A stretch of DNA of 64,000 nucleotides from Burkholderiales bacterium (GTDB lineage Bacteria; Pseudomonadota; Gammaproteobacteria; Burkholderiales; JBEEJL01): the NCBI GenBank assembly GCA_049695115.1, contig JBAVRP010000070.1:63-64062 (forward strand), in the 5' to 3' direction. The notes beneath the pieces were generated by a model. It did no database searches. It saw nothing but the letters and a program-made list of their open reading frames with translations, and was not told the DNA's origin. Of this stretch, positions 9,706-19,037 are shown piece after piece (positions within the stretch are counted from its first letter, which is position 1; each line of letters starts with the position of its first letter). The translations under genes were made by a program, and so were the position numbers.

Positions 9706-11217
9706 TCAGTGGCCATATTTTTTTTGCAATGCTGCCGCTGCGTGTTGCACATCGCTGAACGGCGTTTTCACGCCAGCGATTTCCTGTGTTTCTTCGTGGC
9801 CTTTTCCGGCAATTAATAAAATATAATTTTTATCAATATAATCAATAGCTTGTGATATAGCGCTTGCTCGGTCAGATTGGATTTTTTTTTTCGCGTTACC
9901 CATTCCAGCGACGATTTGTTCCATGATCTGCGCAGGATTTTCGCTGCGCGGGTTATCGCTGGTGATAATGCTGATGTCGGCCAACTTCGCGCTGATTGCG
10001 CCCATTAATGGACGCTTGCCTTTGTCGCGATCGCCGCCGCAACCGAACAGGCAAACCAGCTGGCCGTTCGCAGGAACAATTTTGCGCAAAGTTAGTAAAA
10101 CTTTTTCCAGCGCGTCTGGCGTATGCGCGTAATCGACTACGACCAAAGGTTTATCGCCACCGCCGAGTTGTTGCAGGCGGCCGGGCGGCGCATCGAGTTG
10201 CGCCAGTGCGTGAATTGCGTCGCTGAACGAAACGCCCCCGGCGAGCAACACGCCCATTACGCCCAGCAGGTTCGATGCGTTGAATGCGCCGAGCAAGCGC
10301 GATTTCAAACGGCCATTACCCCAGCGCGAGGTAATATCAAGTTCCATGCCGTTAAGCGTCAAGGACAAATGGCTGCCACAAATGTCCCCTAGCTTGAGAC
10401 TGTAGGTAATGACTTCAAGATTTTCACTTTTGAGCTCCTGCACTAGCCGTGCGCCATATTCGTCGTCGATATTGACCACGGCAGTTTTCAGCTGCGGCAT
10501 GTGGAATAGCCTATGTTTGGCTTTTGCGTAGCTTTCCATATCGCCGTGATAATCCAGATGGTCGCGCGTGAGGTTGGTAAACAGCGCGACGTCGAATTTC
10601 ACCCCGTTCACGCGTCCCTGTTCAAGGCCGTGGCTGGAAGCTTCCATTGCTACGTGAGTTGCGCCTTGTTGCAAAAAATCTCTCAACATCGCTTGAAGGC
10701 CGATAGCTTCAGGTGTGGTGTGTGTCGCTTCAGTCAGTTGTTGCGCGCTACCGGCCAATCCATTACCGACCGTGCCGATGACAGCAGATTTTTTACCCAG
10801 GAACGAAAACGCGCTGGCGATCCAATGGCTGCAAGAAGTTTTGCCGTTAGTGCCGGTGACTCCAGCGACCCATAATTTTTGCGACGGATTGCCATACACA
10901 TGGCTGGCGATGCTGCCGATGTATTGCTGCAAATTGGCGATGCCGAGATTGGGCACTTGCCAATGTGCGGGCCAGGAAAAATTGTCTGAGTCCCACAACA
11001 CCGCCTTTGCGCCGCGTGAAATCGCGTCGGCAATATAGTTGCGGCCATCCACCGCTTCGCCGCGGAAGGCTGCGAAAGTCATGCCTTGAGTTACTGTGCG
11101 GCTATCGGCGGTGAGCGAACTGATACCCACGCCTAACTTATGCAGCTTGCTGATATCAAACGGCGATGGCGTACTAGTTTTCAAGCGCAGCGCCCTGTGG
11201 ATAATGGCGGCATTCAC
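9706..11217 (-). CDS. murE: UDP-N-acetylmuramoyl-L-alanyl-D-glutamate--2,6-diaminopimelate ligase
   Basis: 503 aa. VTGTNGKTS P-loop, and DNPR motif (SDNPRSENP) typical of meso-DAP-adding MurE. Confidence 0.95.
   Translation of the reverse strand: MNAAIIHRALRLKTSTPSPFDISKLHKLGVGISSLTADSRTVTQGMTFAAFRGEAVDGRNYIADAISRGAKAVLWDSDNFSWPAHWQVPNLGIANLQQYIGSIASHVYGNPSQKLWVAGVTGTNGKTSCSHWIASAFSFLGKKSAVIGTVGNGLAGSAQQLTEATHTTPEAIGLQAMLRDFLQQGATHVAMEASSHGLEQGRVNGVKFDVALFTNLTRDHLDYHGDMESYAKAKHRLFHMPQLKTAVVNIDDEYGARLVQELKSENLEVITYSLKLGDICGSHLSLTLNGMELDITSRWGNGRLKSRLLGAFNASNLLGVMGVLLAGGVSFSDAIHALAQLDAPPGRLQQLGGGDKPLVVVDYAHTPDALEKVLLTLRKIVPANGQLVCLFGCGGDRDKGKRPLMGAISAKLADISIITSDNPRSENPAQIMEQIVAGMGNAKKKIQSDRASAISQAIDYIDKNYILLIAGKGHEETQEIAGVKTPFSDVQHAAAALQKKYGH
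9840..9852 (+). repeat. AT-rich element core AATCAATAGCTTG inside murE (antisense)
   Basis: Preceded by the exact 11-mer AATATAATCAA (9835-9845). Confidence 0.7.
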
Positions 11218-12950
11218 ACTTCCTCCTTGATCAGCGGGTGTTCTTGCGGGATAAGCGGGCCTTCAGGTAAAGGCGCATCCTGTGGAATGCCCATGTGGCG
11301 CAAGCTGTCGCTCATCACGGCGGAAAAAACCGGCGCGGCGACAAGGCCGCCGAAATGCTCACCACTATTTGGCTCGTCTATCATCACCGCGATAATCAAC
11401 CGGGGATTCGATGCCGGGGCGAAACCGACAAAAGATGACACAAACTTATCCGGCGAATACACGCCATCATCCAGTTTGTGCGTTGTGCCTGTCTTGCCTG
11501 CGACTCGATAACCGGGAACCTGCGCCTTGATGCCGGTGCCGCCGACCTGTGTCGCCATTTCCAGCATCTTCGTCACAGCCGATGTCGTTTTTGCGGAGAA
11601 CACGTGCTGACCTTTCGGTGATGTGTCGGTCTTGAGCAGCGTAACGGGCAGAATTTCACCGTCGTTGGCGAACACGGTGTAGGCGCGCGCCAGTTGCAAC
11701 AAGCTGACAGTAACGCCGTGTCCGTAGGCCATTGTGGCTTGTTCGATGGGACGCCAGGTTTTGAACGGGCGCAAACGACCGCTGACTTCACCGGGAAAGC
11801 CGGATTTCGGCGCGGTGCCGAAACCTGCGTGGTTGAAAACATTCCATAAATATTCCGCCGGCAGCGCCAGCGCCATTTTCGCCGCACCGACGTTGCTGGA
11901 TTTTTGTATTACTTGCTCAACCGTCAAGCGGCCTTCTTTATGTGCGTCGTGGATGGTTGCCGGGCCGATGGTCATAGTGCCGCCGCCGGTTTCGATAAAA
12001 GTTCCGGGAGAAAATTTCCCCGTTTCCAGCGCAGCGGCTGCGGTAAACGGCTTCATGGTCGAGCCGGGTTCGAAGGTATCGGTCATTACGCGGTTGCGCG
12101 TTTGCGCTGCAGTCAATTTCTCGCGGTTATTCGGATTGAAGTCGGGCAGATTCGCCAGCGCCAGCACTTCGCCGGTCTTGGCGTCGAGCACCACGATTGC
12201 GCCGGCCTTGGCTTTGTTTCTCAGCACCGCATTTTTGAGTTCTTTATGCGCGGCGTGTTGAATGCGTTCGTCAATACTCAGCATCAGGTCGTGCCCGGGC
12301 TGCGGCGCCTTGATGGTCTCCACGTCTTCGATAATCTGGCCCTTGCGGTCCTTGATCACGCGGCGACTGCCGGATTTACCCGACAATAATTTTTGCTGCG
12401 CCAATTCGATACCTTCTTGTCCGTTGTCGTCCGCGCCGGTAAATCCGAGCAAATGAGACGTTTCCGCGCCGAGCGGATAGTAGCGGCGGTATTCGCGCGT
12501 CTGGAAAATGCCGGGTATTTGCAGTGCCATGATTTTTGCCGCATCTTCTTTGGGTATTTGGCGTTTTAGATAAACAAAATTCTTGTCATCGGTATTCAAT
12601 TTTTTATTCACGTCGCTACGCGTCATGCCCATCAGCCTGGCGAGTTTTTCGGTTTGCTGCGGCGAGGCTTCCACGTCATCCGGGCTGGCCCAGATGGATT
12701 CGACCGGCGTGCTGATGGCGAGCAATTCGCCGTTACGGTCTTTCACCATGCCTCGGTTTGCCGGCAGTTCCATCACGCGGCTGTAACGGGCTTCGCCTTT
12801 TTGTTGCAGAAAATCCTGTTTCATCCCTTGCAAAAAAACCGCGCGGCCGCTGAGCACCACGAACAATCCCAGCAGGCCGAACATCACCACATGCGCGCGC
12901 CAGCCTTCGAGCCTGAGCCTAAGTTCGCGATTAGGGGCGTAATTATTCAT
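11214..12950 (-). CDS. ftsI: peptidoglycan D,D-transpeptidase FtsI (PBP3)
   Basis: 578 aa. N-terminal TM segment, and transpeptidase motifs STMKP, SSN and KTGT. Confidence 0.95.
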   Translation of the reverse strand: MNNYAPNRELRLRLEGWRAHVVMFGLLGLFVVLSGRAVFLQGMKQDFLQQKGEARYSRVMELPANRGMVKDRNGELLAISTPVESIWASPDDVEASPQQTEKLARLMGMTRSDVNKKLNTDDKNFVYLKRQIPKEDAAKIMALQIPGIFQTREYRRYYPLGAETSHLLGFTGADDNGQEGIELAQQKLLSGKSGSRRVIKDRKGQIIEDVETIKAPQPGHDLMLSIDERIQHAAHKELKNAVLRNKAKAGAIVVLDAKTGEVLALANLPDFNPNNREKLTAAQTRNRVMTDTFEPGSTMKPFTAAAALETGKFSPGTFIETGGGTMTIGPATIHDAHKEGRLTVEQVIQKSSNVGAAKMALALPAEYLWNVFNHAGFGTAPKSGFPGEVSGRLRPFKTWRPIEQATMAYGHGVTVSLLQLARAYTVFANDGEILPVTLLKTDTSPKGQHVFSAKTTSAVTKMLEMATQVGGTGIKAQVPGYRVAGKTGTTHKLDDGVYSPDKFVSSFVGFAPASNPRLIIAVMIDEPNSGEHFGGLVAAPVFSAVMSDSLRHMGIPQDAPLPEGPLIPQEHPLIKEEV

Positions 12951-13243
12951 TGGCTGCCTGCTTTGTTGTCGTCGCGTAGCGGTGTCACAATGCGTACCCG
13001 GGCAGGTTCAGGGACGCGCATGTGCAAGGATTTGGTCGCGATATTTTCCACCCGCGCATGGGTCGCCCAGGTGCTCAATTCGAGCTGTAATTGGCCCCAC
13101 TCAGTGTCAATTTGTTTCGTCAGCTCTTTTTCGTTTTGCAATGCGCTGAATAATTTGCGGGCCTTATGCTGCGTCGTCACTACGGACAACGCGCAACCGA
13201 TCAGGACAAGCAACAACAAAATATTCAGTCGGGTAGCAAACAT
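12947..13243 (-). CDS. ftsL: cell division protein FtsL
   Basis: 98 aa. Single TM segment plus a coiled-coil-like region. It sits between rsmH and ftsI and overlaps the ftsI start by 4 nt. Confidence 0.8.
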   Translation of the reverse strand: MFATRLNILLLLVLIGCALSVVTTQHKARKLFSALQNEKELTKQIDTEWGQLQLELSTWATHARVENIATKSLHMRVPEPARVRIVTPLRDDNKAGSQ

Positions 13244-13253
13244 TACCGTCTCA

Positions 13254-14192
13254 TCAGATTAATTTTTCCGCCACGCGTAAGACAGCGCTGCGTGAACGGG
13301 GATTGGCAGAAATTTCAGTATCGCTGGCCTTGATGGCGCGGCCTATCAACTCAAATCTTGCACTCGCTACTTCTGCGGCACGAACCGGCAGCCGCGATGG
13401 CAGGTGATCGGACTTGGCGGCGCTTTGCATAAAGCGTTTCACTATCCTGTCTTCGAGCGAATGAAAACTGATCACAGCGAGCCGGCCTCCAATATTGAGT
13501 AACTCAAGCGTTTGCGGTAACACTAGCGACAACTCCTCAAGTTCCTGGTTAATGTGAATCCGGATAGCCTGAAAGGTACGCGTTGCCGGATCCTGCCCAG
13601 GTTCCCGGGTGCGTACCGTATTTGCGACGAGGGCCGCGAGCTCGCGGGTGGTAGTAAGGGGTCGCCCGCCTCTTGTCGCAACAATCTTTCTTGCAATCTG
13701 CCCAGCAAACCGTTCTTCGCCATATTCTTTTATTACTCCCTTTATTTCTGATTCTTCTGCCGTGGCTAACCACTCTGCCGCAGTCAGGCCGCGACTGGTA
13801 TCCATGCGCATATCCAACGGTGCATCGAAGCGAAAACTGAATCCGCGCGCCGCGTCGTCGATTTGCGGCGACGAGACACCAAGGTCGAGCAAAATGCCGT
13901 CAGCACTTTTAATTCCCAGCTTGTGCAGCGCTGTCTGCAGCGAACTGAAGCCAGCGTGCAGGATGGAAAAACGCTTGTCGCTGATATTTTTTGCGTTTTC
14001 AACCGCTGCCGGATCTTTATCCAGCGCAATCAAGCGACCCCTGGGTCCTAAATTTTGCAAAATGGCGCGGCTATGGCCGCCGCGGCCAAAAGTTGCATCT
14101 ATATATAGGCCATCGGGGCGGATGTTCAGCGCGGCGACGGCTTCCTGCAATAAAACCGAAATGTGTTCCGAGCGAGCTGGCCGCTCGCTCAC
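13254..14192 (-). CDS. rsmH: 16S rRNA (cytosine1402-N4)-methyltransferase
   Basis: 312 aa. [28 protein letters not shown] and SFHSLEDR motifs. Confidence 0.95.
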   Translation of the reverse strand: MSERPARSEHISVLLQEAVAALNIRPDGLYIDATFGRGGHSRAILQNLGPRGRLIALDKDPAAVENAKNISDKRFSILHAGFSSLQTALHKLGIKSADGILLDLGVSSPQIDDAARGFSFRFDAPLDMRMDTSRGLTAAEWLATAEESEIKGVIKEYGEERFAGQIARKIVATRGGRPLTTTRELAALVANTVRTREPGQDPATRTFQAIRIHINQELEELSLVLPQTLELLNIGGRLAVISFHSLEDRIVKRFMQSAAKSDHLPSRLPVRAAEVASARFELIGRAIKASDTEISANPRSRSAVLRVAEKLI

Positions 14193-14641
14193 AAAGAGAA
14201 ATTCTCCATGCCCGCAGGCAACACCGGATTGCCACCGGCGGTTAACAATTCAAGATGTTTGTTCCATGCAGCGCCATCCCATATTTCGAAATGACTGCCT
14301 TGTCCGACCAACATCACGTTTTTTTCGATCTTGGCGAAGTTGCGCAACTCGGGCGAAATCAGCAGACGGCTGGCGGCGTCCAGTTCCACGTCCTCGGCAA
14401 AACCAACCAACAGCCGTTTCCACAAACTGGCCTGGCGATCGAGGCTGGGGAAGCCCATGACTTTGGTGCGTATGGGTATCCAGTCAGCGAGCGGGTAGAG
14501 TAGGAGGCAGGAATCAGGATGCGCAGTGAGCACTAACCCGCCATTGCCATTGGGCGACAAGGTGTCGCGATGGCGAGTGGGCACTGCCATACGGCCTTTA
14601 GCATCCAGATTTATGGCGGACGCGCCTTGAAACATGGACAT
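14189..14641 (-). CDS. mraZ: transcriptional regulator MraZ
   Basis: 150 aa. [20 protein letters not shown]-terminus and duplicated SpoVT/AbrB-like halves. First gene of the dcw cluster. Confidence 0.95.
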   Translation of the reverse strand: MSMFQGASAINLDAKGRMAVPTRHRDTLSPNGNGGLVLTAHPDSCLLLYPLADWIPIRTKVMGFPSLDRQASLWKRLLVGFAEDVELDAASRLLISPELRNFAKIEKNVMLVGQGSHFEIWDGAAWNKHLELLTAGGNPVLPAGMENFSL

Positions 14642-14666
14642 ATATCTCCCTGAAAAATCAGAACTA

Positions 14667-14691
14667 CCCAGTTTTTACTACATTTTCCCAC
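14667..14691 (-). promoter_or_regulatory. candidate MraZ operator (three 10-bp-spaced GTGGG-like repeats)
   Basis: The minus strand reads GTGGGaaaatGTAGTaaaaaCTGGG, 26-50 nt upstream of the mraZ ATG. This resembles the TGGGN direct-repeat architecture described for E. coli MraZ. The middle repeat is degenerate. Confidence 0.35.
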
Positions 14692-14993
14692 TGTAGAGCA
14701 AACAAAAAGGTAGGTCAAGCCTGTATTTCAGGGAATTTTCTATGTGGAACAGGTACTTACGTGCGATTCTGCATGTCGCGTGAGGGAAAAAATCCCAATA
14801 AATTGAATGGGATAGCGGCGACACTCAAAGTGATTTGCTAAGTAGAGAGCGGCAAAAAAGACTTTTGCGGAATCGCAACAAAAGGAAGATTACGAAAACA
14901 AATGTGAAACTAGTGGTTTGGCAGGCGAAGCATTATTTTTTTCGCGACGACGTATTGCGCCGACATTGAGCTAAAACAGAGCTTAAAGAAAAT

Positions 14994-15304
14994 GTGAAGC
15001 AGGCCGATAAGCCGGGTTCTGTTACGGGGTCGCCCCTATGACAGTCATTCATCTGGGCGGGCGATTGCTCGCACGCTCAAGCCACCTACCCGCAAGCTTA
15101 CGCGAGCCGCGTCAATGCTTGCCTATTTGGTGTTGCTCCGGATGGAGGTTGCCGCGTTTCACCCGCAGCTTGCGCCGCGACTCGTCTCTGTGGCCCTGTT
15201 CCTCGCCTCACGGCGTACGGCCGTTAGCCGTCATCCTGCTCTGCGGAGCCCGGACTTTCCTCCACGGAAATGAATTTCCGCAGCGACTGTCTGGCCTGCT
15301 TCAC
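14994..15304 (-). ncRNA. rnpB: RNase P RNA, bacterial type A
   Basis: The reverse complement reads GAAGCAGGCCAGACAGTCGCTGCGG...GGAGGAAAGTCCGGGCTCCGCAGAG...ACAGAACCCGGCTTATCGGCCTGCTTCAC. It includes the universally conserved GGAAAGTCCGGGCTCC and ACAGAACCCGGCTTA blocks and P1 pairing between the ends. Confidence 0.92.
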
Positions 15305-15470
15305 GCTTTGATTTTAACAGTTTGTTGGCAGGGGAATGGAAATAGTGCCGGCAGAAGGCGGCCATGCCAGGCTAGCATTTCTTACTTGACGGTATCACTA
15401 CGACACAAACTTTGAAGCTCAGGCTGAGAGCGTAAGTACGTTCAGTGAACTGGTAGAGATTCTTTCGTGC

Positions 15471-17309
15471 TCAGTCAAGCTCATATTCAAGCTTGTAATC
15501 AGCTTTCAGATTTTCTGATTGGGTTTCTTTAACCATTATAGAACCGCCGACCACTAATACTTCTAACCCTGTTCCCATAAAACATCTAAATGCATCTTCA
15601 GGCGTACAGACGATGGGTTCGCCTCTGACGTTAAACGATGTATTGACCAGTACTGGGCAGCCAGTAAGTTCTTTAAATCGTTTGATCAGCTTGTAATAAA
15701 GGGGATTGGTCTGCTGATGCACTGTTTGGACTCTTGCCGAATAGTCCACATGGGTAACCGCAGGAATTTCGGAACGCGGCACATTCAGTTTTTCTATTCC
15801 GAATAGTGCTTGTTCTTTTTCAGTCATCTGACGACGTTTGGACTCCACTACATCTGCAACAAGCAACATGTACGGACTGTCTGAGTCCATTTCAAACCAT
15901 TCGGCGACGTCTTCGCGCAATACGCTTGGTGCAAATGGCCTGAACGACTCTCTGTATTTGACTTTAAGATTCAGAAGTTTTTGCATCGAAGGGGATCGTG
16001 GGTCTGCCAGGATGCTTCTGCCACCCAAGGAACGCGGGCCAAATTCCATACGGCCATTGAGCCATCCTACAGCCTTACCATTTGCGAGCGCCTGGGCAGT
16101 GGCCTCTATCATCTCCTCCTCGCTATGGGAGGTGAACACTGCTTCAACTGCCGTCAGCCGCTTTTCAATTTCACTTTGGCTGTACTGAGGCCCCAGATAA
16201 GAACCTTTCATACCATCCAGTCCATCAGCCACTTTGCGCGGCTGATTTAGCATAATGTGACACGCCCCCAGGGCAGCGCCAATTGCGCCCCCCGCATCTC
16301 CAGCCGCAGGTTGTATCCATATCCGATCAAATATGTTTTCTCTTAACAGTTTGCCGTTTGCTACGCAGTTGAGCGCTACACCGCCTGCAAGACAAAGATT
16401 TCTTTGCCGTGTCGACTTTTCCACGCCTCTGGCAAGCTTAATGACTACTTCCTCTGTGACTGCCTGGATTGAAGCGGCCAAATCCATCTCGCGCTGACCA
16501 AGCTGTGATTCTGCCTTGCGTGGCGGGCCACCAAAGAGTCGATCGAATTTTTCATTGGTCATGGTCAGACCGGTGCAGTAATTGAAGTAACTCATATCCA
16601 ATGCATATGAGCCGTCTTCTTTGATGTCAATCAGATGGTCTTTGATGAAGCTTGCATACTTGGGCTCACCATATGGGGCTAACCCCATCACTTTGTATTC
16701 GCCAGAGTTGACCTTAAAACCCGTGTAGTAAGTAATGGCTGAATAGAGCAATCCCAGCGAATGGGGAAAGTGAATTTCTTTTTCGACAAAAAGCTTATTG
16801 CCGCTACCCATTGCCAATGACGTTGTCGTCCATTCACCCACACCATCCATGGTCAATATGGCCGCTTCATTAAATGGTGATGGGAAAAAGGCACTTGCGG
16901 CGTGACTCAGGTGATGCTCGGAGAACAGCAGGCGACTTGTCCAATCTGTGTCTTTGCCCCAAAGCTGTTTTAGCTCATTGGCAATGACAGTCTTTTGGAA
17001 GAGTTTGTCTTTGAGCCAGACGGGAAGTGAAGTGATAAAACTTTGCAGGCCCTTTGGCGCAAAGGCCAAATAAGTCTCAAGCAGTCGCTCAAACTTCAGA
17101 AACGGCTTGTCATAAAAGACAATATAGTCCACTTGCTGGGGAGAGATTTTCGCCTCGGCAAGACAGTAATCGATAGCGCTTACTGGAAATCTAGAATCGT
17201 GTTTCTTCCTGCTGAAACGCTCTTCTTGAGCGGCTGCCAGGATTTCCCCGTCTCTAACGAGACAAGCGGCAGCATCATGGTAATAGGCTGAAATACCAAG
17301 TATGTTCAT
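15471..17309 (-). CDS. carbamoyltransferase (NodU/CmcH/SxtI-type)
   Basis: 612 aa. N-terminus MNILGISAYYHDAAACLVRDGEILAAAQEERFSRKKHD (Kae1/ASKHA-like carbamoyltransferase N-domain) and C-terminal domain VLVNTSFNVRGEPIVCTPEDA. Codon usage is visibly AT-richer than in neighbouring genes. Confidence 0.9.
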   Translation of the reverse strand: MNILGISAYYHDAAACLVRDGEILAAAQEERFSRKKHDSRFPVSAIDYCLAEAKISPQQVDYIVFYDKPFLKFERLLETYLAFAPKGLQSFITSLPVWLKDKLFQKTVIANELKQLWGKDTDWTSRLLFSEHHLSHAASAFFPSPFNEAAILTMDGVGEWTTTSLAMGSGNKLFVEKEIHFPHSLGLLYSAITYYTGFKVNSGEYKVMGLAPYGEPKYASFIKDHLIDIKEDGSYALDMSYFNYCTGLTMTNEKFDRLFGGPPRKAESQLGQREMDLAASIQAVTEEVVIKLARGVEKSTRQRNLCLAGGVALNCVANGKLLRENIFDRIWIQPAAGDAGGAIGAALGACHIMLNQPRKVADGLDGMKGSYLGPQYSQSEIEKRLTAVEAVFTSHSEEEMIEATAQALANGKAVGWLNGRMEFGPRSLGGRSILADPRSPSMQKLLNLKVKYRESFRPFAPSVLREDVAEWFEMDSDSPYMLLVADVVESKRRQMTEKEQALFGIEKLNVPRSEIPAVTHVDYSARVQTVHQQTNPLYYKLIKRFKELTGCPVLVNTSFNVRGEPIVCTPEDAFRCFMGTGLEVLVVGGSIMVKETQSENLKADYKLEYELD

Positions 17310-17321
17310 GCTGTTGCCAGG

Positions 17322-17471
17322 TTAAAAGAGCGTATAAATGAATGGCGCTAAGACTGATCCTTGTGCGAGTATAAGCAGACCCCCAAGCAGAACCATCAAA
17401 ACGATCAGGGGCAACAGCCAAAGTTTCTTCCTGCCACTTAAAAAAACCCAAAGCTCTTTTAGAAATTCCAT
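17322..17471 (-). CDS. small membrane protein, DUF5989 / SxtK-like (49 aa, below the ORF-track cutoff)
   Basis: Read by hand: MEFLKELWVFLSGRKKLWLLPLIVLMVLLGGLLILAQGSVLAPFIYTLF followed by a stop. It lies between the SxtJ-like gene and the carbamoyltransferase, which is the usual position of this family. Confidence 0.6.
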   Translation of the reverse strand: MEFLKELWVFLSGRKKLWLLPLIVLMVLLGGLLILAQGSVLAPFIYTLF

Positions 17472-17478
17472 AACATCC

Positions 17479-17889
17479 TTAAAACTGATTTTTAAATGAA
17501 TCTGCGGGCGGGCCTACCGGGTCTCTGACCACCCAGTACGAAGCAACATCACGTTTTTTCATCAGAAGTACGTCTCGGCCGCCCAAACGGGTCAAAAGCG
17601 CGATGGGAGTGATCAATAAGAAAAAAATAGCGCCCAACACAATAGGGCTGACAATACGACCAATTAAAAGCCCTAATTTAAACCATAATTTATTTGGCGT
17701 GCGCAGAGATTGAGGAAAAAATAAGGCGAGTGCCGCGAGAGCAATCGAGGAGAGAAATAGGCCGATGGCGACAGCGCTTGCCCCGACCCAAAACGCATAG
17801 CAAGCACCAACCACAAACACGAATGTAAACAACAATCCAAACTTGCGCTCAGACGGCAACGCGGGGTGGCTATCAAAATTTTGTGACAT
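17479..17889 (-). CDS. SxtJ-like membrane protein
   Basis: 136 aa. ERKFGLLFTFVF... with three predicted TM helices and a C-terminus of WVVRDP. Typical partner of carbamoyltransferase genes. Confidence 0.7.
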   Translation of the reverse strand: MSQNFDSHPALPSERKFGLLFTFVFVVGACYAFWVGASAVAIGLFLSSIALAALALFFPQSLRTPNKLWFKLGLLIGRIVSPIVLGAIFFLLITPIALLTRLGGRDVLLMKKRDVASYWVVRDPVGPPADSFKNQF

Positions 17890-18196
17890 TTTTTCTCTGT
17901 TGCATAAAATTTTTCAGATTAAACATAATTTTACGTTGTACAGGTGCTTTTGTATAGAGTATAGGAGTAGTGGTGGGGTGTAGAAAATGGGGAAAAGTAC
18001 TGTAACTTTACAAATTAAGTACATTATCCGTTCGCGTAATGCAAAAGGTCGGTTAACTTGAAAAGACACGTAAAATCAAAATATTACAAATATTCCTGGG
18101 AATGCAATTACTGCTATGGCAAACAGATACTTTTCAGCAATTTGGAAAGATTTTAATTTTATCACTTCCGTAAGCCGCTGATTTTAGGAAATACTG

Positions 18197-18209
18197 TAAC
18201 TAATTGATT
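18197..18209 (-). repeat. AT-rich element core AATCAATTAGTTA
   Basis: Lies in the AT-rich intergenic region upstream of the SxtJ-like gene. The core is identical to 43111-43123. Confidence 0.7.
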
Positions 18210-18278
18210 ATTATAAATAAAATTATTAAGGTTTGACTATCTATTTAGATAAAGTAGAGCTATAAAGAATAGAGAGTA

Positions 18279-18321
18279 CAGTTGTTGAATGAAATGAGAA
18301 CAACTGGCACTTTTTGTTTTT
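18279..18321 (+). terminator. orphan hairpin plus T-tract in an AT-rich intergenic region
   Basis: CAGTTGTT (18279-86), 12-nt loop, AACAACTG (18299-306), then gcacTTTTTGTTTTT. No plus-strand gene lies upstream. The stem is AT-rich and weak. Confidence 0.3.
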
Positions 18322-18369
18322 GTACTAATCCAATAGTTATTCACTTCTCATTTCGAGCGGAGGTGTGAC

Positions 18370-18882
18370 ATGCGACGCAGACTCTATTTTGTTCTCCCCA
18401 ATATTCTCAGTGCGCGGCAGACCATGAACGACCTGTTGCTGGCGCGTATCGAAGAAAAGCATATTCACTGCCTGGCGCGGCGCGATGTGCCGCTCACAGG
18501 TCTGCACGAAGCGAACGCGCTGCATTCAACCGATGTTGTGCATGGCGCGGAATTAGGATTGATCATGGGCGCTGTCGGTGGCGCAGTGCTGGGCGTTTTC
18601 CTGATCATGTTTCCGCCACAGGGCGTTGAACTGCAAATGGTCACGCTGTTGATCAGCGCGCTGCTCGGTGCGTTGTTCGGCGCGTGGGTGTCGAGTCTGG
18701 CGGCTGCGGGCGTGCCCAATTCGCGGCTGCAGATGTTTGCTCAGGATATTGCAGACGGCAAAATCCTGATGATGGTGGATGTGCCTCTACACAAAGTGGA
18801 AGCCATCCGTTCGTTAGTGGAAACGCGCCATCCCGAAGCGGCGCAAGGGGGAATAGAGCCAACCATACCAGCCTTTCCATGA
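18370..18882 (+). CDS. membrane protein of unknown function (DUF1269-like topology)
   Basis: 170 aa. GGAGG lies 7 nt upstream of the ATG. Two Gly-rich TM helices (GLIMGAVGGAVLGVFLIMF, LLISALLGALFGAWVSSLAAAG) are flanked by soluble domains. Confidence 0.6.
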   Translation: MRRRLYFVLPNILSARQTMNDLLLARIEEKHIHCLARRDVPLTGLHEANALHSTDVVHGAELGLIMGAVGGAVLGVFLIMFPPQGVELQMVTLLISALLGALFGAWVSSLAAAGVPNSRLQMFAQDIADGKILMMVDVPLHKVEAIRSLVETRHPEAAQGGIEPTIPAFP

Positions 18883-18956
18883 GGTGCGCAGAACATCGCG
18901 CGTGACGCAGTTTTTACTGCCCAGAGTACGCCGTACCTTAACGGCGATGCAACTCA

Positions 18957-18981
18957 AAAGCCCCGCGATGCGGGGCTTTTT
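18957..18981. terminator. bidirectional Rho-independent terminator
   Basis: AAAAGCCCCGCgatGCGGGGCTTTTT lies between the convergent genes 18370..18882 (+) and pyrC (-). GC-rich 8-bp stem with an A-tract and a T-tract on either side. Confidence 0.75.
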
Positions 18982-19037
18982 CAAAGGCATAATTAACAAT
19001 CGACGCAGTAATGCGAAACAAACGGACGTGAAGTTTA

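Noticed and set aside
13609-14460. 283-aa plus-strand ORF, and many similar 100-200-aa ORFs antisense to dcw and other genes (for example 1559..2188, 3189..3704, 11734..12261).
   Set aside because: They lie entirely antisense to or out of frame with strongly supported genes. Their Arg/Pro/Ala-rich low-complexity composition is typical of GC-rich antisense frames, and they carry no motifs.
17998-18200. TACTGTAAC repeated at 17998-18006 and 18192-18200, resembling half of a LexA (SOS) box.
   Set aside because: Neither copy has the CTGT-N8-ACAG dyad. The second copy is simply the TTACAGT flank of the junction element.
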